A stretch of DNA of 51,619 nt from Kofleriaceae bacterium (GTDB lineage: Bacteria > Myxococcota_A > Polyangia > Haliangiales > Haliangiaceae): positions 1-51,619 of the forward strand of contig JBKJLC010000249.1 in NCBI GenBank assembly GCA_046597055.1. The letters run 5' to 3'. The first letter of the stretch is position 1, and each line of letters starts with the position of its first letter. The notes below the pieces were generated by a model, which did no database searches, was not told the DNA's origin, and saw only the letters and a program-made list of their open reading frames with translations. Shown here piece after piece: positions 23,020 to 36,230 of the stretch. A program made the position numbers and the translations under genes.

Positions 23020-23544
23020 ATGCATCACTACTACCGACTTCACTTCGTGTGTCAGCCAGGTGGGTCGCGCAAGACCGAGTACCACGTGCTCGGCACCTTC
23101 GAGGAGGTGAAGGCCGCGGCCCTCGCCGACCTCGACAGCCCCGACGGCGCGTACCACGCGATCTGTTATGGCGAAGCCATCCTCGTCCAGTGCTGGCAGG
23201 ACGGGCGCAAGATCGCCACGATCGATCTGCACCCGTACCTCACCTACCGGCTGTCCGACCGCGACGAAACCCTGCGGTTCGCCGGCGAGGGCGACCTGCC
23301 GGCCGAGGGCTTCGGCCTCGATGGCGCGGACGAGGCCGAGGCGCCGGTCTACGAAGCGGTGCTGGAGGGTGAGGTGACCGCGAAGGCGACGATCGACTGG
23401 AGCGCGGTCCCGCTGCCGGCGCTCGCGGGCACCGCGCTGCCGGTGGGCACGGTCGCCGTCTTCGAGGATGGCGTGGAATGGCACTACGGCCTCCATGACG
23501 AGTGGGACACCTACCTCGACGACGTCGTCGCGCGCGAGGCCTGA
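23020..23544 (+). CDS. Hypothetical acidic protein
   Basis: GGAG RBS, GC3-biased 174-aa ORF. Confidence 0.75.
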   Translation: MHHYYRLHFVCQPGGSRKTEYHVLGTFEEVKAAALADLDSPDGAYHAICYGEAILVQCWQDGRKIATIDLHPYLTYRLSDRDETLRFAGEGDLPAEGFGLDGADEAEAPVYEAVLEGEVTAKATIDWSAVPLPALAGTALPVGTVAVFEDGVEWHYGLHDEWDTYLDDVVAREA

Positions 23545-23696
23545 CCCGCGGCGCGGCCGGTCACCGCTCCACGCGGAGCAGGAGCCCGAAGATCTGCGCG
23601 CGCCCGACCCAGCCGTTGATGCCGCCGCGGTTGTTCCCGACCTGGTAGCGGTCGGCGCGCCGCGCCTTCACCACGGACCGAGGCCGCCGATTCGTC

Positions 23697-23981
23697 TCAC
23701 TTCTTGCCGCTGCCCTTGTCACCCTTGTCGGGCGCAGGGTCAGCGCTCGGTGCCGGCGTGGCGGCCGGCGGCGACGCACCTGGCGCGGCCGGCGCTCCCG
23801 GTCCCCTGGTCCGGTAGATCGTCGCGGGTCGGTCTCGGTCGAGGTAGCTGAGCACAGCCATCACGGCGCCGAAGAACCCGAACACCAGCGACACGACGAT
23901 GCCGATCATCCACCGCCGATTTGCGGTCCGGTCGCGCTCGGGAGGCGAGCGATCGTCGTCCTTGCTGATCATCGAGTACAT
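23697..23981 (-). CDS. Small single-TM hypothetical protein
   Basis: TM segment WMIGIVVSLVFGFFGAVMAVLSYL followed by Pro/Ala tail. Confidence 0.6.
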   Translation of the reverse strand: MYSMISKDDDRSPPERDRTANRRWMIGIVVSLVFGFFGAVMAVLSYLDRDRPATIYRTRGPGAPAAPGASPPAATPAPSADPAPDKGDKGSGKK

Positions 23982-24152
23982 GAGATAGCACGGCGGCCGG
24001 TGCGAACCCCGCGAGGTCGGTCGCCCGGGACGGCCGCGCCCACGACGAAGCCGAACGGGTCGTCGGGCTGGAGCAACCCACGCCGAGGTGATGGCGCCGT
24101 CGTCGGCGCGCCCGGACGCCGCCGACCCGGCGGCGGGTTCGGCTCGGCGCTG

Positions 24153-24533
24153 CTACCGCGGGGGAACGTAGGTGGCGGGAGCCGTGCAGACCTGCATCAG
24201 CGTGGCGGTGGTGCTGGGCGGGAAGAACCACGTCGTCACCGAAGCCTCGCCACCCGCGATGCGACAACCGCCGACCGTGCCAGCGGTGTCACAGGCCGCG
24301 TTCGACCAGATGCCCATGCCCTCTGACTCGCACGCGTCTCGATACATCGTCGGATCCTGCGCCGGGTGGTGGAACTCGGCGCACGTGGTGGTGGAACCGT
24401 CGAACATCAGGCACGACCCGGCCAGGCCGGAGCCCAGCGAGCCGCCATCAGCGAACGAGGGGTCGTCGGCTCCGCAGGCGGCCTGAGCGAGCACGAGCAC
24501 GAGCGGGGGAGTGGACAGGCACGAAAGGCGCAT
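24153..24533 (-). CDS. Cys-rich small lipoprotein
   Basis: GAGG RBS; signal ...LAQAAC; six further Cys (GSC, TCAEF, ACE, AC, GGC, VC). Confidence 0.7.
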   Translation of the reverse strand: MRLSCLSTPPLVLVLAQAACGADDPSFADGGSLGSGLAGSCLMFDGSTTTCAEFHHPAQDPTMYRDACESEGMGIWSNAACDTAGTVGGCRIAGGEASVTTWFFPPSTTATLMQVCTAPATYVPPR

Positions 24534-24660
24534 GGGACCTCGGAGGGGTTGGTCCCACTCGAGGCGCCTCGCCGCCGCGGTCGCACGACAATCGTCAGGC
24601 CGCGGCGCGAGCGAGCGCGCGGCGATGGCGCGCCCGATCAGCTCGTCGGCGTCGATCGTC

Positions 24661-24766
24661 GCGTCCGAGCTCAGGTCGTAGGGCTCGCCCCTGGCCGGCG
24701 GCCGGTGGGGAACCCGTGACCGAGGTGGCCGTCGCAGCGCTGGGCGCGGATCTCGGTGCGCCGCAT
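24661..24766 (-). pseudogene. Degenerate msrB C-terminal fragment
   Basis: MRRTEIRAQRCDGHLGHGFP then, after a shift, PPARGEPYDLSS; resembles MsrB RTEVRC..CDGHLGHVFPDGP.PTG.RYCINS. Confidence 0.55.
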
Positions 24767-24784
24767 GTCGTCGGACGGCGGCAT

Positions 24785-25684
24785 TCAAGATCCTCCTGGG
24801 TCTCGCGCGTCCGCCAGCACGCGTTCGATCGACACCTCGACCCGGCTCTGCACCATCCGCACGATCGACGCGACCTCGTCGCTGTCGATCGCCAATCGTT
24901 CGGCCAGGTGCGCGCGGATCAGCTCGCCGAGCCGGTCGCGGGCGGCGCCGAGCCACCGGGCCGCGGTCGCGCGGTGCACGCCGTAGAGCGCGCCGATGCG
25001 GTCGATGCTCCAGCCCTCGACCAGGCTGTAGCGCAAGAGCGCGCGCGGCTGCTCGTCGAGGCCATCGAGCGCGGCGCGCAGCGCGGCGCTGACCTCGCCG
25101 TGGTAGCGATCGCGCAGGTAGGCGAGCTGCGGATCGGTGTGGGCCGCGAGGGCGTCGAGCACGCCGTCCTCGAGCGCGATCTCGCGCCGGCCGCGCTTGA
25201 CCACGCGGATCAGCTCGCGGGTCGCGATGACGCGGACGTAGCCACGCAGATCGCCGCGCCCGGTGAACTCGGCGGTCGCGGCCGGCCGGCCCGGCTCGTG
25301 GACGAACAGGATCCGGCGCAGGTGCGCGCGCACGTCGCCGGCCTGGGCGTCGCTGGCGCCGGTCCGCCGCGCCGCGACGTCGAGCTCGACGAAGCACGCC
25401 TGCTCGAGCGCCGCGATCGCCGCGGCGTCGCCGCGCGCGCACGCGATCGCCAGGTAGAGATCAGGAGCACACAGCCGGGTCAGCAGGTCGGGGTCGGGCT
25501 CGCCCAGCCGGCGGCCGGCCTCGGTGGCCAGCTCGGTCGCGCCGACCTCGACGCCCGGCCACGCAGCCCGGCCGGTCGCGTGCATCGCCGCCAGGATCGC
25601 CTCGAGCGCGGCGCGATCGGCCGCGCCGGCGCGGACCGACTCGGGCAGGCCCGCGACGAACGCTTCGGCGAGGACAGCGACCAC
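24785..25684 (-). CDS. Myxococcales-type sigma-70/ECF-like factor
   Basis: DLYLAIACARGDAAAI, FTGRGDLRGYVRVIATR, region-4 HTH SIDRIGALYGVHRATAARWL. Confidence 0.88.
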   Translation of the reverse strand: MVAVLAEAFVAGLPESVRAGAADRAALEAILAAMHATGRAAWPGVEVGATELATEAGRRLGEPDPDLLTRLCAPDLYLAIACARGDAAAIAALEQACFVELDVAARRTGASDAQAGDVRAHLRRILFVHEPGRPAATAEFTGRGDLRGYVRVIATRELIRVVKRGRREIALEDGVLDALAAHTDPQLAYLRDRYHGEVSAALRAALDGLDEQPRALLRYSLVEGWSIDRIGALYGVHRATAARWLGAARDRLGELIRAHLAERLAIDSDEVASIVRMVQSRVEVSIERVLADARDPGGS

Positions 25685-25749
25685 GGCCGGACGATAGCAC
25701 CGCGTCCGCGTGCGACCCCGACCGGCTGGCGCCTCCTGGGGGTAACCTC

Positions 25750-28635
<2,886 letters not shown>

Positions 28636-28678
28636 CGCACCGGTCACGCGCGCACGGCAACCATGGTTGCCCCTGCGA

Positions 28679-29329
28679 TCACGGCGCGCCGGCGCCCCAC
28701 TGGGCGAGGACCGACCTGGCCAGCTCGGCGCCCTGCGCCCTGAGGTCCGGATCGGCCTCGCCTGCCGCCTGGTACATGAGCAGGAGCGCGGACGTGAGCA
28801 GGCACGACTCGTACATCGCCTGCCGGTCCTTGGCGTCGAGCTTCCTCCAGGCCGGCGCCGCGACCAGGAGATCGTTGATGCCGAGCGCCAGCTCCTCGGA
28901 AGTGGCTTCGTCGAACTCGCCGTCGCGCGCCAGCCGCAGCGACATGCCGATCATGAGGGCGAACGCGTAGGCGACATTGTTCTTGCGCGCCTCCTTCTCG
29001 AACGTGGACACCGTGAGGTCGACGATCTGACTCAGCTGCGCGCGCTGCGCGTCGGTGCCGTTCATCGTCGCGAGGTAGGCGGCGATGGTCGGGCGCTTGC
29101 CGCTCGGCTTGAAGTCGCTGCGCGAGATCGGCTGGTGCTTGTCCTTGGCCATCGGCGCCCTGCCGGCGGCGGCCTGGCCATGCGCCCGGTCGACCACCTG
29201 CTTGAAGATCATCCGCTTGATGTGGATGTCGACCCACACGTCGGCGGGGTTCTTGTACTGCGCCGCGGCCGGGCGGGGCAGGGCGAGGCCGAACGCGAGC
29301 GTGAGCGCGACCAGGACGGGCTTCAGCAC
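28679..29329 (-). CDS. Secreted helical hypothetical protein (DUF6683-like)
   Basis: Signal peptide ending PAAA-Q; KNNVAYAFALMI, DRQAMYE motifs. Confidence 0.65.
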   Translation of the reverse strand: MLKPVLVALTLAFGLALPRPAAAQYKNPADVWVDIHIKRMIFKQVVDRAHGQAAAGRAPMAKDKHQPISRSDFKPSGKRPTIAAYLATMNGTDAQRAQLSQIVDLTVSTFEKEARKNNVAYAFALMIGMSLRLARDGEFDEATSEELALGINDLLVAAPAWRKLDAKDRQAMYESCLLTSALLLMYQAAGEADPDLRAQGAELARSVLAQWGAGAP

Positions 29330-29624
29330 GCCGGACGCCTGCGGGCCCAGCACATCTTGGTCGGAGCGGGTCGTGAGCATGACCGCTGGAGGAGCCACGC
29401 GGCCCAGGTCGCATCGAATTCGGACCGGTCGGCGCGGGACAAACTCGCCGCCGACCCGCGCCGCGGGGATCCACGCGGTGATGTCGGTCCTGGTGAATGA
29501 TGTCCAGGCTTGCGCCAGGAGCGGCGCAGGTTCGACCGGGATCGGGTGGCCCGCGAGCTGGCACGGCTGCGCGCCGCCGACTGGCCCGGGATTGTCAGTG
29601 GTCGCGGCTAGGGTGCCCGGCGCG

Positions 29625-32600
29625 ATGCGAATCGACGAGCGCAGCAGGCGGCGAAGCGATGGCCTGAGTTCGCGTGCGGCGCACGCGTTCTCGGCGGGGA
29701 CCCTCTCCCGTGCGCAGAGGTACGCTCGGCGGGTCCGGCTCGTGGACATCGCGGCGCGGACCGTGACGGCGACCGTGCGTGGGTCGAGGCCAGCGCCGTA
29801 CGAGGTCGCGGTGGCGGCGCCGGTGCACCTGCGTGGCGTCCTGCGGTGCCGCTGCTCGTGCCCGATGGGCACGCAGGGCGCCGCCTGCAAGCACATGCTC
29901 GCGACCCTGCTCGCGCTCGATCAGTACGGGCTCGATCTCGGGGCGGAGGGGGCCGCCCTGGAGGTGAGGATCGAGGAACCTGCCGGGCTCGCCGACGCGC
30001 CGCATGAGGACGATGACGATGCCCGCGGCCAGATCGCCTGCGCTGCCGCGTCGCGCCGGGCGCCCCCGGCCTCCCGCGTGTCGGTCACGCGGGCTCCCCG
30101 GACCGCACGGGCGCCCGGCTGGGTCGAGCGGCTGGCATGGCTCGAGGCCGACGACCAGGGCGCACCGCCAGCGGGTGCGCCCGCGTTCGTCGAGTACCAC
30201 CTGATCACCCCGCGGCTGGCCGGTGGCGACGGCTTGCCACCCAGGCTGCCCGAAGAGATCGAGGTGCGCACCTTCCGGCGGCGGCTCAGGCAGGACGGCA
30301 CCCCGGGTGCCCAGCGCGAGCCGCTGCGCCGTGTCGGGTCGCGGCCGGACACCTTCGCGCCGCTCGACGCCGCGGCGCTGCAAGCGCTGGCAGCCGCGGT
30401 GCCGATCGAGGTCGCCACCGGGGTGTCGAGCTGGGGCAGCGGGTGGGAACGAGATCGCGCGTGGGAGGGCGCGCGGGTCCACGCGGCGATCGTCGATCGC
30501 GTGCTGCCGGCGGTGTGCGCCACGGGCCGCGCCGGCTGGCTGCGGGTCGATCGCGACGGGCCGGGTGCCCCACGCGAGGAGTTCCAGCCGGTGCGCTGGG
30601 ACGGCGACGTGCCGTTCCAGCTGGTGGCCGAGGTGCGCGCGGTCGGCGATGCGGCCGAGCTCGACGTCGGCCTCACGCGCGGGGACGAGCGGCTGCCGCT
30701 GTCGGCGCTGACCGCGGTCCTGGGGGCGGGCGCGGCCGCGGTGGGGGATCGGCTGGTGCGCGTCGACGGCGGCGTGGATCTCGCCCGCTGGCGGGCGGTG
30801 GTGCAGGCCGGGCCGGTGCGAGTCGCGCGCCGCCAGGTCGGGACGTTCGTCACGCGGCTCGCCGACGCGCTCTCGACGGGAAGCCTCACGATCGATCACG
30901 CGACCGGCTGGCGCGTCGCCGACGTGGAGCCGGTGCCTCACCTCGAGCTCGAGCAGGCAGGCGGATGGTTCGTCGGTCGTATCGCGTTCGCATATGGCGG
31001 GGTGCGTCGACCGCGCCGGTCGACCCGGACCTACGCGGTCGACACCGTGCAGCAGGTGCTCTTCCGGGCGGCCCCGGTGCGCGAGGCGGCGCTGATCGCC
31101 GGCCTGCATGCCCGCGGCGGCGAGCGGCGGCGCCACACCGACGTGACCGCCGAGCTCGAGCTCGAGGCGGCCGCGCTGTTCGCGCTGCTGCCGGCGCTCG
31201 AGGCCGACGGCTGGCAGGTCTGGCTGCGCAAGACGCGCGTGCGCAGCGGGGCGCGGATCACGGGGCGGGTGTCGAGCGGCATCGACTGGCTCGATCTCCA
31301 GCTCGACGCGAGCTTCGACGGCGAGGCGGCCGACCCGGCGGCGCTGGTCGAGGCGCTGCGCGACGGCCAGCAGCTGGTGCGGCTGCGCGACGGCAGCCAT
31401 GGGGTGATGCCGGCCGAGTGGCTCGAGCGACATCGCGCGCTGGCGCGCGTCGGCGAGCTCGAGGACGGCGTCCTGCGGGTGCCGCGCACGCGGGCGATGC
31501 TGCTCGACGTGCTCCTGGCCGACCTGCCCGAGGTGACCGCCGACGCGCGGTTTCGCAAGCTGCGGGGTCGGCTGACCGGCTTCGCCGGCATCGCGCCGGG
31601 CGCCGAGCCGAAGCGCTTCGCGGGAACGCTGCGGCCGTACCAGCGCGAGGGGCTCGGGTGGCTCGGCTTCCTGCGCGAGATCGGGTTCGGCGGCTGCCTG
31701 GCCGACGACATGGGTCTGGGCAAGACGGTGCAAGTGCTGGCCGCGCTGGCCGAGCACCGGCGCGGTCGCCGGAGCGGCCGGCCGTGGCTGGTGGTGGCGC
31801 CCAAGAGCGTGGTGTGGAACTGGATGGACGAGGCGCGCCGCTTCGTGCCAGGCATCCGCGCGGTCGAGTACACCGGCCGCGAGCGCACCGCCCGGCGCGC
31901 CGAGCTGGCGAGGGCCGAGCTGGTGGTGACGACCTACGCCACCATGCGCCTCGACGCCGAGCTGCTCAGCGGCATCGAGTTCGACACCGTCGTCCTCGAC
32001 GAGGCGCAGACGATCAAGAACCCCGACGCCCAGGTCACCAAGGCGGCGCGGCTCCTGCGCGCCGAGCACCGCCTCGCCCTGTCCGGAACGCCGGTCGAGA
32101 ACCACCTGGGCGACCTGGGCTCGATCTTCGAGTTCCTGAACCCGGGCATGCTCGGCGACGTGGGGACGTTGCGCGCGCTGACCGCGGCGCGCACCGAGCC
32201 GCCGGGGGAGCTCGCGCCGCTGGCGCGGGCGCTGCGACCGTTCCTGCTGCGTCGCACCAAGGCTCAGGTGCTGCCCGACCTGCCGGCGCGCACCGAGCAG
32301 GTCCTGCATTGCAAGCTCGAGGGCGCCCAGCGGCGCTTCTACGACCAGCTTCGCGACGGGTACCGGGCGTCGCTGCTGGCGCGGGTCGCGCGCGACGGCA
32401 TGGCCCGCTCCACGATGCACGTGCTCGAGGCGCTCCTGCGGCTGCGCCAGGCTGCCTGCTTTCCCGGCCTGGTCACGCCCGCGCGCGCCGCCGATGGCAG
32501 CGCCAAGCTCGATCTTCTGATCGAACGCCTGGTCGAGGTGCGCGCGAGCGGGCAGAAGGCGCTGGTGTTCTCCCAGTTCACCAAGCTGCTTGCCGAGGTC

Positions 32601-33008
32601 CGGACCCGGCTCGAGGCCGCCGGGATCGAGCACGAGTACCTCGACGGTAAGACCCGTGATCGCGCCGAGCGGTGCGCGCGGTTCCAGTCCGACGCCGGCT
32701 GCGGGGTGTTCCTGATCAGCCTCAAGGCGGGTGGCACCGGTCTCAACCTCACGGCGGCAAGCTACGTCTTCCTGCTCGACCCGTGGTGGAACCCGGCGGT
32801 CGAGGCGCAGGCCATCGATCGGTCGCACCGCCTCGGTCAGACCCAGCCGGTGTTCGCCTACCGGCTCATCGCCGAGGGTACCGTCGAGGACAAGATCCTC
32901 GAGCTGCAGCGCAGCAAGCGCGAGCTGCTCGAGGGGCTGTTCGCCGAGAACACCGGCCAGCTCGCCTCGCTCAGCGCCGACGATCTCGCGGTGCTGCTCG
33001 CCGGCTGA
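29625..33008 (+). CDS. SWIM zinc finger-SNF2 family helicase
   Basis: SWIM CSCP...CKH; LRPYQREG, LADDMGLGKT, DEAQ, SGTPVEN, LRRTK, FSQF, QAIDRSHRLGQ. Confidence 0.96.
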   Translation: MRIDERSRRRSDGLSSRAAHAFSAGTLSRAQRYARRVRLVDIAARTVTATVRGSRPAPYEVAVAAPVHLRGVLRCRCSCPMGTQGAACKHMLATLLALDQYGLDLGAEGAALEVRIEEPAGLADAPHEDDDDARGQIACAAASRRAPPASRVSVTRAPRTARAPGWVERLAWLEADDQGAPPAGAPAFVEYHLITPRLAGGDGLPPRLPEEIEVRTFRRRLRQDGTPGAQREPLRRVGSRPDTFAPLDAAALQALAAAVPIEVATGVSSWGSGWERDRAWEGARVHAAIVDRVLPAVCATGRAGWLRVDRDGPGAPREEFQPVRWDGDVPFQLVAEVRAVGDAAELDVGLTRGDERLPLSALTAVLGAGAAAVGDRLVRVDGGVDLARWRAVVQAGPVRVARRQVGTFVTRLADALSTGSLTIDHATGWRVADVEPVPHLELEQAGGWFVGRIAFAYGGVRRPRRSTRTYAVDTVQQVLFRAAPVREAALIAGLHARGGERRRHTDVTAELELEAAALFALLPALEADGWQVWLRKTRVRSGARITGRVSSGIDWLDLQLDASFDGEAADPAALVEALRDGQQLVRLRDGSHGVMPAEWLERHRALARVGELEDGVLRVPRTRAMLLDVLLADLPEVTADARFRKLRGRLTGFAGIAPGAEPKRFAGTLRPYQREGLGWLGFLREIGFGGCLADDMGLGKTVQVLAALAEHRRGRRSGRPWLVVAPKSVVWNWMDEARRFVPGIRAVEYTGRERTARRAELARAELVVTTYATMRLDAELLSGIEFDTVVLDEAQTIKNPDAQVTKAARLLRAEHRLALSGTPVENHLGDLGSIFEFLNPGMLGDVGTLRALTAARTEPPGELAPLARALRPFLLRRTKAQVLPDLPARTEQVLHCKLEGAQRRFYDQLRDGYRASLLARVARDGMARSTMHVLEALLRLRQAACFPGLVTPARAADGSAKLDLLIERLVEVRASGQKALVFSQFTKLLAEVRTRLEAAGIEHEYLDGKTRDRAERCARFQSDAGCGVFLISLKAGGTGLNLTAASYVFLLDPWWNPAVEAQAIDRSHRLGQTQPVFAYRLIAEGTVEDKILELQRSKRELLEGLFAENTGQLASLSADDLAVLLAG

Positions 33009-33141
33009 CCCGTGGGCGCTGCCGGACGCCACCTGCGAGCTGCTCGTGGCGAAGCGCCGCCCCGGGCCGTCGAGCCGGTGACCCGCAACCGGCGGGACGA
33101 GCGCGGGCTCGCCGACGATCGCGACCGCGGTATAAGGCACC

Positions 33142-34011
33142 ATGATGTCGTCGCATCGGACTCGGCTGGCATGGGCGCTCGCGCTGTTCTCGTGGCTCCT
33201 CGCGTGTGACCGCGGCCGCCCCGACGGTACGCCCGCAGCCGGCCGCGGCACCGTCGCGCCGGCCCCGACCGTGGCGCCCACCCCGACTGCACCCGGCGCG
33301 GCCGCACCCCACGGCCAGGTCGATCCGTCCCACGGCCAGGTGGCGATGCCCCACGGCCAGGTCGCGGCGCAGCCGCCGGCCGGCGACCGCGTGACCGGCA
33401 AGATCCTCGAGACCATGGATTCGGGCGGCTACACCTACGTCCACCTCGACACCGCGACCGGCGCGCAATGGGCCGCGGTCCCGCAGACCAAGCTCGCGGT
33501 CGGCGCCACCATCAACATCGCGAACCCGATGGTGATGACTCAGTTCGCGAGCAAGACCCTGAACCGCACCTTCGACACGATCGTCTTCGGCTCGCTGGCC
33601 AGTGATGGCGTCGGGGCCGGCGCCGCGCCCCCGGCGGGCGCACCCACGCCGACCGGCGCGCCCGGCAACGGCCCCGTCGCGATCGCCGGGCCGATCGCGC
33701 GCGCGGCCGGCTCCGACGGCCGCACCGTCGCCGAGCTCCACGCCCAGAAGGCGACGCTCGTGAACAAGCCGGTCGCCATCCGCGGCAAGGTCACCAAGTT
33801 CAACGGCGGCATCATGGGCAAGAACTGGCTCCATCTCCAGGACGGCAGCGGGGCCATGGCGACCGGCAACTTCGACCTGACCGTGACGACCGACGCCCAG
33901 GCCGCGGTCGGCGACGTGGTCACCGTGCGTGGCACCGTCCGCACCAACAAGGACTTCGGCGCCGGCTACGTCTTCGCCCTCATCATGGAAGACGCCACCG
34001 TCCAGAAGTAG
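33142..34011 (+). CDS. Lipoprotein with two OB-fold-like domains (NrfJ-related)
   Basis: Lipobox LLAC; GKILETMDSGGYTY; GKVTKFNGGIMGKNWLHLQDGSG; NKDFGAGY. Confidence 0.82.
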   Translation: MMSSHRTRLAWALALFSWLLACDRGRPDGTPAAGRGTVAPAPTVAPTPTAPGAAAPHGQVDPSHGQVAMPHGQVAAQPPAGDRVTGKILETMDSGGYTYVHLDTATGAQWAAVPQTKLAVGATINIANPMVMTQFASKTLNRTFDTIVFGSLASDGVGAGAAPPAGAPTPTGAPGNGPVAIAGPIARAAGSDGRTVAELHAQKATLVNKPVAIRGKVTKFNGGIMGKNWLHLQDGSGAMATGNFDLTVTTDAQAAVGDVVTVRGTVRTNKDFGAGYVFALIMEDATVQK

Positions 34012-34236
34012 CGGGCAGCGCTCTCGACGCGGTCGCGATGCCACGCGCGCGGCAGGACCCGTACGCATTCACACGCGGTGGGCTCAGGACTCGCGCCGTA
34101 GGGGGCATCCGAGGGTGCGCGCACGTATCATGCGCACGCAATGTGGGAACTACGGATGGGGTACCGCCGGGGTTGCCGCGCCCCGAACGTGCGCTGGCCC
34201 GCATCCGATGGGCGGGGGCCATGGCACGTACAAAGG

Positions 34237-34548
34237 ATGCGTTCGAGGATCGTGGGTGTCTTCGTGCTCGCAGGTGTGGTCGCGTGTGGGGGCGACGACG
34301 GCGGCCCGGTCGCGCCGGATGCCGGAGGCGGCAACGCCGGGCCGGTCGCCGGGTTCGCGCCGGCGGTGGGCGAGGGCGCCCCGTGGGGATCGCTTCCCTA
34401 TCCGTCCGACCTGTACCTCGACAGCGCCGGCCGGATCGCGCTCACCGCACTGCCGACCAGGCCGGGCGCCGTTGGCGGTCGCGAGCGCGACCGGTTCAGA
34501 TCATCCGGTTGCGACCTGGCTCGGTCGCGGCCAGCCAGCGCGCGATGA
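34237..34548 (+). pseudogene. 5' fragment of a lipoprotein
   Basis: Lipobox VVAC and LPYPSDLYLD motif; coding character is lost near 34470 where it meets the convergent PcfJ-like gene. Confidence 0.5.
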
Positions 34549-36012
34549 TCTCGAGCTCCGCGGCGGTGCGGGCGCGGTTGTAAAGACCGCGGGCCTGCAC
34601 CACGCGGCGCGGCGCCGGCTCGAGCTCGACCGTCACCCGGCGCACGTCCTCGAAGCACAGCGAGAAGACGGCGGACAGGCCCCGCACACAGGGGTAGTCG
34701 TAGCCGTGGACACAGTGGTTCATCGCGCCGGATTCCGCGATCGGCTGCTCGCTGGAGATCAGCTCGCGCGCGGTCCACGTACCGCGCTCGGTCGGCGCGC
34801 TCCAGTCCCATCCCCGGGATGGCCAGCGGACCTGCGGGCGACCCCCACCTGCTGGCGTTTTGCGCGAGGGCGTTGTCGTGCTCGCGCGCGGCGGTGAGCG
34901 TGGCGGCGACGGTTCGTCCTCTCCACGAGAAGCGCGCGGCGGCCGGCACCCGGCGCGCCAGGTCCTCGGTATGGCGATGCATCGCCCAGCCGAGCACGGC
35001 GAACGCGTCGTCGTCGGAGAGCTGGTCGCGATGACGGATCAACCAGGTCACGCTCGGCTGCCAGAACCGGACCTGCTCGCCGTCCTCCACCGTCTCGGGC
35101 GGATCGTCGGGCAGGGGCGGGCCGGCGGTGGGATCGAGCGCGTAGCCGCGGTGCCTGACCACGCGCTGGAAGTCGGTGTCGTTGCCGCCGAGGCGTCGGA
35201 TCTCCGCCCACACCGACCGCGTCGGGCACGCGCAACGTCGGCGGCGCCTGGCTGAGGTGATGGAGCAAGGCGCTGGCGATGTCCCACCCGAAGCGGGCGG
35301 CCGCGCGCCGCAGGCTGGCGCCCTGTCCGACCACGACCAGCCAGAGCACCCACTTGAGCGTCGGCCAGACCGTGGCGCGCCACGGCTGGAACAGGACCTC
35401 GGGGACCGGGTAGCGCACGAGCAGGTGCTCGACCACGCTCCGGCCGATCGCGTCGAGATCGTCGGTGATCGGCGCGACCCAGTCGCGCAACCGCCGGATC
35501 CAGAACGGGGCCAGCAAGATCGTCACGAACGCAGGTCCCGGCCGCTCGGCAAACCATCGCGCCAGGGCGGGCTGCGACTGCTGCGCGTGCGCGAGCTCGG
35601 CCAGCGCGGTGCGTCCGGTGGTGCTCTTGACGTAGTCGGTCAACGCCTCCGGCGACACGAAGCGCTGGACATGCTCGTGCAAGGCCTCGGGCAGCGCGTC
35701 GGAGCCGAACCCGACGTCCTCGGCGCCCTCCTGGGGCGGTTACCCGTCGCCCTCGCGCCCCGCGTGCGGCCGCAGCTCGAGCGACCACTGGACCTCCGTG
35801 GACAGCCGGTGCAAGAGGAAGTCGGCGGCCGACGCGCTTGCGCCGGCCTGCCAGTAGTTGTCGTAGACGTAGTGGTCCACGTCGTCCCCGGGGTCGTACG
35901 TGTCGAGCGGATCCAGATCGTCGGGGTCTGCGCGCTCGTTGCGCCGCAGGTAGCGCCGCGGGAGCTCGCCCGCGACGAGGCCCCGGCGGCGGTTGATCGG
36001 GTCCTGCGCCAT
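34496..36012 (-). pseudogene. PcfJ-domain protein, disrupted
   Basis: In-frame TAA at 35740-35742 and frameshifts near 35214 and about 34840; C-term WTARELISSEQPIAESGAMNHCVHGY...VTVEL...VVQARG. Confidence 0.8.
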
Positions 36013-36202
36013 CGTGCGAGCATAGGCGACGACCCGGCCGCGGTGCCGACGGCAGGATGCTCGGGCCCCCGCCATGATGCCCCCGTGGCACCCGCGACGC
36101 GCCGCCGGTCGACGTTCCGGAGACGTGCCAACGGCGTTGGCGTTCGCCAACGGCGCAACGAGCGTCGCGCGCGCAAGTGTCCGCACGCGCTGGCGCTTGG
36201 CT

Positions 36203-36218
36203 CGGCCCACGGCTTGCT
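36203..36218 (+). promoter_or_regulatory. Putative sigma54 -24/-12 promoter
   Basis: CGGCCCACGGCTTGCT, 12 nt before GTG 36231; 10-bp direct repeat upstream. Confidence 0.6.
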
Positions 36219-36230
36219 TTCGGTCACGTC

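Noticed and set aside
29625..33008. SNF2 helicase as part of a defence system (DISARM/Zorya-like)
   Set aside because: Stand-alone SWIM-SNF2 with no methylase, nuclease or other partner genes adjacent
35740..35742. Stop-codon read-through or recoding in the PcfJ-like gene
   Set aside because: The stop is TAA and the gene also has two frameshifts; ordinary pseudogenisation is simpler
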